38,693 bases of DNA from Nemertoderma westbladi (Eukaryota > Animalia > Xenacoelomorpha), in the NCBI GenBank assembly GCA_032718475.1, contig JAUCBJ010007064.1:1-38693 (forward strand), given 5' to 3'. Position numbers and translations under genes: made by a program. Positions 34,030 through 38,693 of the stretch are shown here, piece by piece (position 1 is the stretch's first letter; each line of letters starts with the position of its first letter). The notes below the pieces were generated by a model. That model was given only the letters and a program-made list of their open reading frames with translations, did no database searches and was not told the origin of the DNA.

Positions 34030-36630
34030 CTATTTCTTTTTCTGGTACGCCTTTCGTCTCTTCGCCCGTCGACTCTCATCGATCGCTATGGCTGGTAGAG
34101 GAGCGTCAACATCCATTGTGAGTAACGCTTCGGCTTGTCTCCTGGCGGCTCTTCCTTTCGAAGGCATCGGGATCATGTCGGTTCGTCTTTCCAACTCGGA
34201 GTTGCGTGCCTCTAGGAACCATTCTCCGTCACCGAACTCCTCTTTATACGAGTATAATCGTCTAATGACTTCGAATGGGCCGAATAATCCAGCGCTCAGT
34301 AGCAGATCCACGTAATGGAAAGGTAGCGTGGCCGACGTGTGGAGGCGTTCCGGGAAGGAGAAATATCCGCACGCCATCTCCTGCGCGATATTCCGAGCGT
34401 TTCTCCGAAACTTGGTCTTTAAGTGGCTGTTTGCGTATGTCTCAAACATGACCATATTGCCCATAGCGGTTACGTCTTTGGTAGGACATTTGATATAGCA
34501 GCGGGGGCTAGCGGAATGTCCACGGAAACCGCACGTGGTGCAGAGGTTATAAAGGATCGGACAGACCGAAACGTCGTGGCCCGATATCGCGCAGTATGGG
34601 CAATAGAGTATCCCGAGGAGCTGGAGGCAAGAATCGGTAACCCGATTCCTTCTGCCGCGTGGGCACTGCTCCGAGCCGCAGTCGCCGCATACCTCCAACT
34701 GCGTTTCTCGACCGGGGAATATCGGAATCGGGACGCCGACGTAGTATTCGAGTCGTCGGTCGCTCTTCGGAATATTCTCGGTGGTCGGTAGCCCGCGGAA
34801 TGCTAGGCTTTTGCGTAGTATGTTCTCGCTCCGATAACCCTCTTTGTGTCCCGCTGGTCTCAACTCGGATGACCGTTTCTGGCGGTGGATCCATTCAGTT
34901 TGCTCGGCGTACCAACGGGTTAGTCGCATAGGGTCCTGAGGAACGGCGGGTGTAGTAGCCACCGCTGGTCGGCGAAGAGGTGCCGGGGTTTTCGACGGAG
35001 GGATACCGAGGAGATCGTCGGGTGTCGGCGCATCGCTGGGGCCTTCCTCGACCAGTATCGCTGAGCGGGTCCGTTGTTGGCTGGTACTCGGAATCTCCGA
35101 CGACCAATCTTCGCCGCCCGGGAAAGGATACGGGGATAACCGTTGGCATATGTCGCCGAAGTCGCTCAATGCAGCTGTAGTGGCTACCTCTCTCGCGGGG
35201 CTACCGGAGCCGCGTGGGGTGTAGACGCCTGCTCTCTTCATCGGTTCGGCCGAGGCAACCCGTTTGGCGGCCGGTCCGTACGCGGCCTCCGGCTCGAGTT
35301 GTCGCTTCGGGGTGGAGAGTAGAACACCCTCGTTTAGCCATATCTCTTCCCCTTCCGAAGAGATCAGAGGCTCCTCCGCACCGAGAAGTTCGGTAATCGT
35401 AGGGATGTCGTAAGGTCCGCTCTCGTCCCAGGAATCGATAACGGCGGGCGTTTTCGATTCTCCCGGTGTAATGTTCTCGACCGCTTTAAACGCATGGTTT
35501 ATAACCTCGTTCCAGTCGTAGTCGACGAAGGAAAGGGGGACCGCCGTAATAAGGTTATCGAGAGTTCTACAGATAAACTTAGCGACGGTGTAGCACTCCA
35601 TAACGACGTAGATATAGCTCCGTCGATCGGGATTCTCCCACCTTTGGTGTATCGTCCACTTCCGATCGACGTCCTTCCATCGACCCTCTCGCTCGCTCTT
35701 TATCTCTAATCCCGGGTATCCGCCGTATATTTTATTATAGTCCCGGTATTTCTGGGGTTTGAAGTCGATACCGCCGTTTAGCACAGCGAGGTAGCCGATC
35801 CCGGATTTCGTCGGTCTCACTTCTTGGAATCCTCGCATGAATTCGGCGAATCTTAACCAGGCTAGCAGCGTTTGAGTGTCGATGCAATGGCTAAGTGCGT
35901 TGAGGTCGTTTCGTCGGTTTCTTCCTGCGGGAGCGTTCGCGTAGTCGTTCCGGACGTCCGCCTTGATATCCGACCCGATTTTAATGACGTCGAAGTCGAA
36001 GAGGATCTTTTGGATTTCCGGAGGCAGCAACCAGATCGCTCCGGCTGCCTGCACTTCCTGTCTGGGTGTCGGGAATATTCGGCACACCAGTACCAAACCG
36101 TCCAGGGTTCCGAGGACGACGACTAAGGATCGACCATATTCTTTCGCCCCGTACTTTTCCTGGTAGTCGTCGCGGTTCTGGATAATCGATATGCGTTCCT
36201 CTCGAAGCGTCGCCGTACACTCCGACAGGTTTCCCCAGTGGGCGAGGTACGTACTCTTGTCGTCGACGAAACTTTGACATCTCGCCAACGTAATCGCTTT
36301 CGATGTGGGCGTCGCGTTTCCCTCGTTGTCGTAGATCAAACATCGGGATCTGTAGACGCTCTGCCGGAACGTTTCCCAAAACGACGAATCGTCCCCTCCG
36401 GTTGCCTTTGCGTTCCGAGTTCTTTTCAGTCTCGTACTAGCATCAGCTAACCGGAGGGCTCGTAGATTCTTAGAATCCGGTCCCTCTCGCCCGGTGAATT
36501 TAATGACTCGCACGTTCTCATTTAGCAGGGTGCTCCAATTTGTATCAAAGTCAGGGGATCCGGGTTGCGAATATTCCAGTAGATCTATCGTGTTACGTAA
36601 TTCGCCGATAATTTGGCGATTTGGGTCCAT
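34030..36630 (-). CDS. Extra ORF (866 aa): DEDDy/RNase D-like 3'-5' exonuclease-like domain, disordered linker, C-terminal zinc knuckles
   Basis: LPPEIQKILFDFDVIKIGSDIKAD, IDTQTL, SGIGYLA and WE..YIYVVME resemble the WRN/EXD-type exo domain layout. CPYCAISGHDVSVC, CTTCGFRGHSASPRC, CGDC. Domain call is by motif recognition only. Confidence 0.7.
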   Translation of the reverse strand: MDPNRQIIGELRNTIDLLEYSQPGSPDFDTNWSTLLNENVRVIKFTGREGPDSKNLRALRLADASTRLKRTRNAKATGGDDSSFWETFRQSVYRSRCLIYDNEGNATPTSKAITLARCQSFVDDKSTYLAHWGNLSECTATLREERISIIQNRDDYQEKYGAKEYGRSLVVVLGTLDGLVLVCRIFPTPRQEVQAAGAIWLLPPEIQKILFDFDVIKIGSDIKADVRNDYANAPAGRNRRNDLNALSHCIDTQTLLAWLRFAEFMRGFQEVRPTKSGIGYLAVLNGGIDFKPQKYRDYNKIYGGYPGLEIKSEREGRWKDVDRKWTIHQRWENPDRRSYIYVVMECYTVAKFICRTLDNLITAVPLSFVDYDWNEVINHAFKAVENITPGESKTPAVIDSWDESGPYDIPTITELLGAEEPLISSEGEEIWLNEGVLLSTPKRQLEPEAAYGPAAKRVASAEPMKRAGVYTPRGSGSPAREVATTAALSDFGDICQRLSPYPFPGGEDWSSEIPSTSQQRTRSAILVEEGPSDAPTPDDLLGIPPSKTPAPLRRPAVATTPAVPQDPMRLTRWYAEQTEWIHRQKRSSELRPAGHKEGYRSENILRKSLAFRGLPTTENIPKSDRRLEYYVGVPIPIFPGRETQLEVCGDCGSEQCPRGRRNRVTDSCLQLLGILYCPYCAISGHDVSVCPILYNLCTTCGFRGHSASPRCYIKCPTKDVTAMGNMVMFETYANSHLKTKFRRNARNIAQEMACGYFSFPERLHTSATLPFHYVDLLLSAGLFGPFEVIRRLYSYKEEFGDGEWFLEARNSELERRTDMIPMPSKGRAARRQAEALLTMDVDAPLPAIAIDESRRAKRRKAYQKKK

Positions 36631-37169
36631 ATTTACGATTATATCCGTTACAAATTAGTTCAGTTAATTATAAGTCCAGAAAGTCTGAAACTATAGCGAT
36701 AGCAGAATAATTCAGTTTTTTATTTAATTCAGTTTATTAAATAACATTGCTATATAGGCATCTATCATCTTATTGCTAATACATTCAGCATTTACAGTTA
36801 CTATAGCTATACATAATATCCAACCAGTTTTTTATGACTTTTTTGTCCTTTTTTTTTCCAATTCTTTTCTTTGACCTTTTTTATACCTTTTTTTTTGTCA
36901 TTTTCCATTTCATTATTATTTCATCTCATTTCATTTATTTCCACATATTTCATCATTTAGTTCCACCATTTATTTCACATTTATTTATTTCCACATCATC
37001 ATTGGGTTTATAGCCCCCCGGCTATCATCATTGGTTATAAGCGCAGCACCAGGGTGCGCATCATTTCATTTTCATCAGTATACGCGTCATCATTCAGGTT
37101 TATAGCAGAGTTGTCTGATCCTTTTCATCGTTTCCAACTATATTCAATCATTTTCTTTGGTTAATCTTT

Positions 37170-37600
37170 GTCGTGGAAGGGGTGTTACGCGGCAATCTGG
37201 GATCTACAGCTGGACTCGTTACACCGCCTACGCCCCAAACTGCGCACGTAACGGACAATGAAGACGCTGGGAGTGAAGTCACGTGGATGCACCAGGGACC
37301 CACCAGAATAACACTCCCAACAACATAAAGCTCAGTCGACGAAGTCATGTGGGATGGGGTTACGCAACATTCTGGGATCTACAGCTGGACTCGTTACACC
37401 GCCTACGCCCCAAAATCCACGTAACGGTCCCACCAGAATAACGCGACTGAGAAACATAAAACCCTCTATCGTCGAAGTCACGTGGATGCACCATGGACCC
37501 ACCAGAATAACGGGATAGAGGGGGTGTTGCGCGGCAATCCGGGATCTACAGCTGGACTCGTTACACCGCCTACGCCCCGAACTGCGCACGCAACGGACAA
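37170..37600. repeat. Three-copy shuffled repeat between integrase and extra ORF
   Basis: GGGATCTACAGCTGGACTCGTTACACCGCCTACGCCCC at ~37199, 37374, 37541, interleaved with GAAGTCACGTGGATGCACCA and CCACCAGAATAAC blocks. Confidence 0.88.
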
Positions 37601-37874
37601 CATAACATACTGCAATGAATACAATGAATTCCACTTCAAATCTTTTCCATTTCCAATAATCCAATATCGTAGGTCCTGATGACCAAAATCAGGGTAAACA
37701 ATGCATAAACGACCCTGCGTCAGTCGAAACATCTGCAGGGTGACGCTGGACTCCACATAACACACGAGGAAACACAAATACCATTGCGTGGTTACAGTTG
37801 GTTTAAGGGGGGTCCATAATTCGTTGTCGATAAATCACAGTTTTATAAGAGTTTGTCAACATGATAAGAAGGGT

Positions 37875-38693
37875 TTACACGGGTTTGTAATTGTCACCAA
37901 TGTCCACAGCAGGATCTTGAGTAGGGATCTTATCACCTCTCGTAGAGTCACCGCTATCATTGCCTTCGAGAAGGCACAGCTTCTGGATAGGGCGTTGGTA
38001 GTGGCCCTTTGCCATTCGTATCGTCACAGTCCTCGCAAGTCCGTCTTTGCTTGGGTGTATGGTCACGACCCGCGCCACAGGCCAGTGAACGCGGTCTTTG
38101 AGATCTTCTTTAACTAGTACCATGTCGCCAACTGCGACATTCCGGTAGGTGTTGTTCCATTTCCTCCTGGTCCGGAGGGTTATGAGGTACTCCTGGGCCC
38201 AAATTCTCCACCAATGCGCTGCCAACGCTTGGGCCTTTTTCCAGTTTGTATGTTTCGCGATCTCGTTGGGATCCGGAAACATGGTTTCCGGGAGGAGGTG
38301 GGTTTTGGGTCTCCCCAGTAAGTGGTTAGGAGTGAGGGGTTCCAGGTCTGTGGGGTCGTCGCGGATAGGAACAATGGGTCGGTTGTTCAGGGTAGCCGTG
38401 ATCTCGCAGAATGTTGTGCGGAGGGTGTCATGGGTTACCCGGGTATCGCCTAGAGCGACGCGCATGGATCGTTTCACTAGGTCGATCAGTTTCTCCCATA
38501 CCCCGCTCGTATGGGGTGCTAAGGGGGTCTGGAAGTGCCACTGTATCTGGTGTTCCTTCCAGACTTGGGATGCAGTGTTATCGGTAAACCATCCCTCGAT
38601 CGCCTCCCTAAGTTCTCTTTCTCCTCCCACAAAGTTTGTACCATTATCGGAATACATGTGGCGGCATGTCCCGTTGTTCGCCACGAACCGACG
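37875..38693 (-). CDS. pol: Bel/Pao integrase core and C-terminal (DUF5641-like) domain; N-terminus outside window
   Basis: YSDNGTNFVG, PLAPHTSGVWEKLI, LNNRPI, LTPNHLL, VGDMVLV..WPVARV..DGLARTV..RPIQKLCLL. Confidence 0.95.
   Translation of the reverse strand, partial: RRFVANNGTCRHMYSDNGTNFVGGERELREAIEGWFTDNTASQVWKEHQIQWHFQTPLAPHTSGVWEKLIDLVKRSMRVALGDTRVTHDTLRTTFCEITATLNNRPIVPIRDDPTDLEPLTPNHLLGRPKTHLLPETMFPDPNEIAKHTNWKKAQALAAHWWRIWAQEYLITLRTRRKWNNTYRNVAVGDMVLVKEDLKDRVHWPVARVVTIHPSKDGLARTVTIRMAKGHYQRPIQKLCLLEGNDSGDSTRGDKIPTQDPAVDIGDNYKPV

Larger units (their letters stand above)
32574..38693 (-). mobile_element. Bel/Pao LTR retrotransposon, element D (3' part): integrase - extra ORF - PPT - 3' LTR
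   Basis: All parts co-oriented on the minus strand; PPT G7 at 33867-33873 directly precedes the LTR. Confidence 0.82.

Noticed and set aside
34030-36630. env gene
   Set aside because: No signal peptide or TM anchor; motifs point to a nucleic-acid-binding protein

Overview
This is eukaryotic (probably invertebrate) repeat-dense DNA with no recognisable host gene. It holds four Bel/Pao (Semotivirus-like) LTR-retrotransposon units. Element A (minus, 1-5063) has an intact gag ORF that the ORF track missed because it runs off the window. Element B (plus, 6226-~25056) is a decayed relative sitting head-to-head with A. B carries three insertions: a PIF/Harbinger-type MITE (7300-7839, TAA TSD), a non-autonomous CMC/EnSpm-type element (9833-12348, AT TSD) and a 4-kb non-autonomous Polinton/Maverick-like element (15039-19050; AGTAGT ends, ~1-kb TIRs, 6-bp TSD, one zinc-finger/acidic ORF, a Pol III A/B-box unit). 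Element C (plus) has an intact 1732-aa Gag-protease ORF with no RT/RNase H/integrase core and a C-terminal hydrophobic segment. Element D (minus, tail-to-tail with C) has an intact integrase end, then an extra 866-aa ORF in the env position that looks like a degenerate DEDDy 3'-5' exonuclease plus zinc knuckles, then a 1.3-kb LTR with a repeated UUCG-hairpin motif. All assignments come from motif reading and by-eye alignment; no searches were run.
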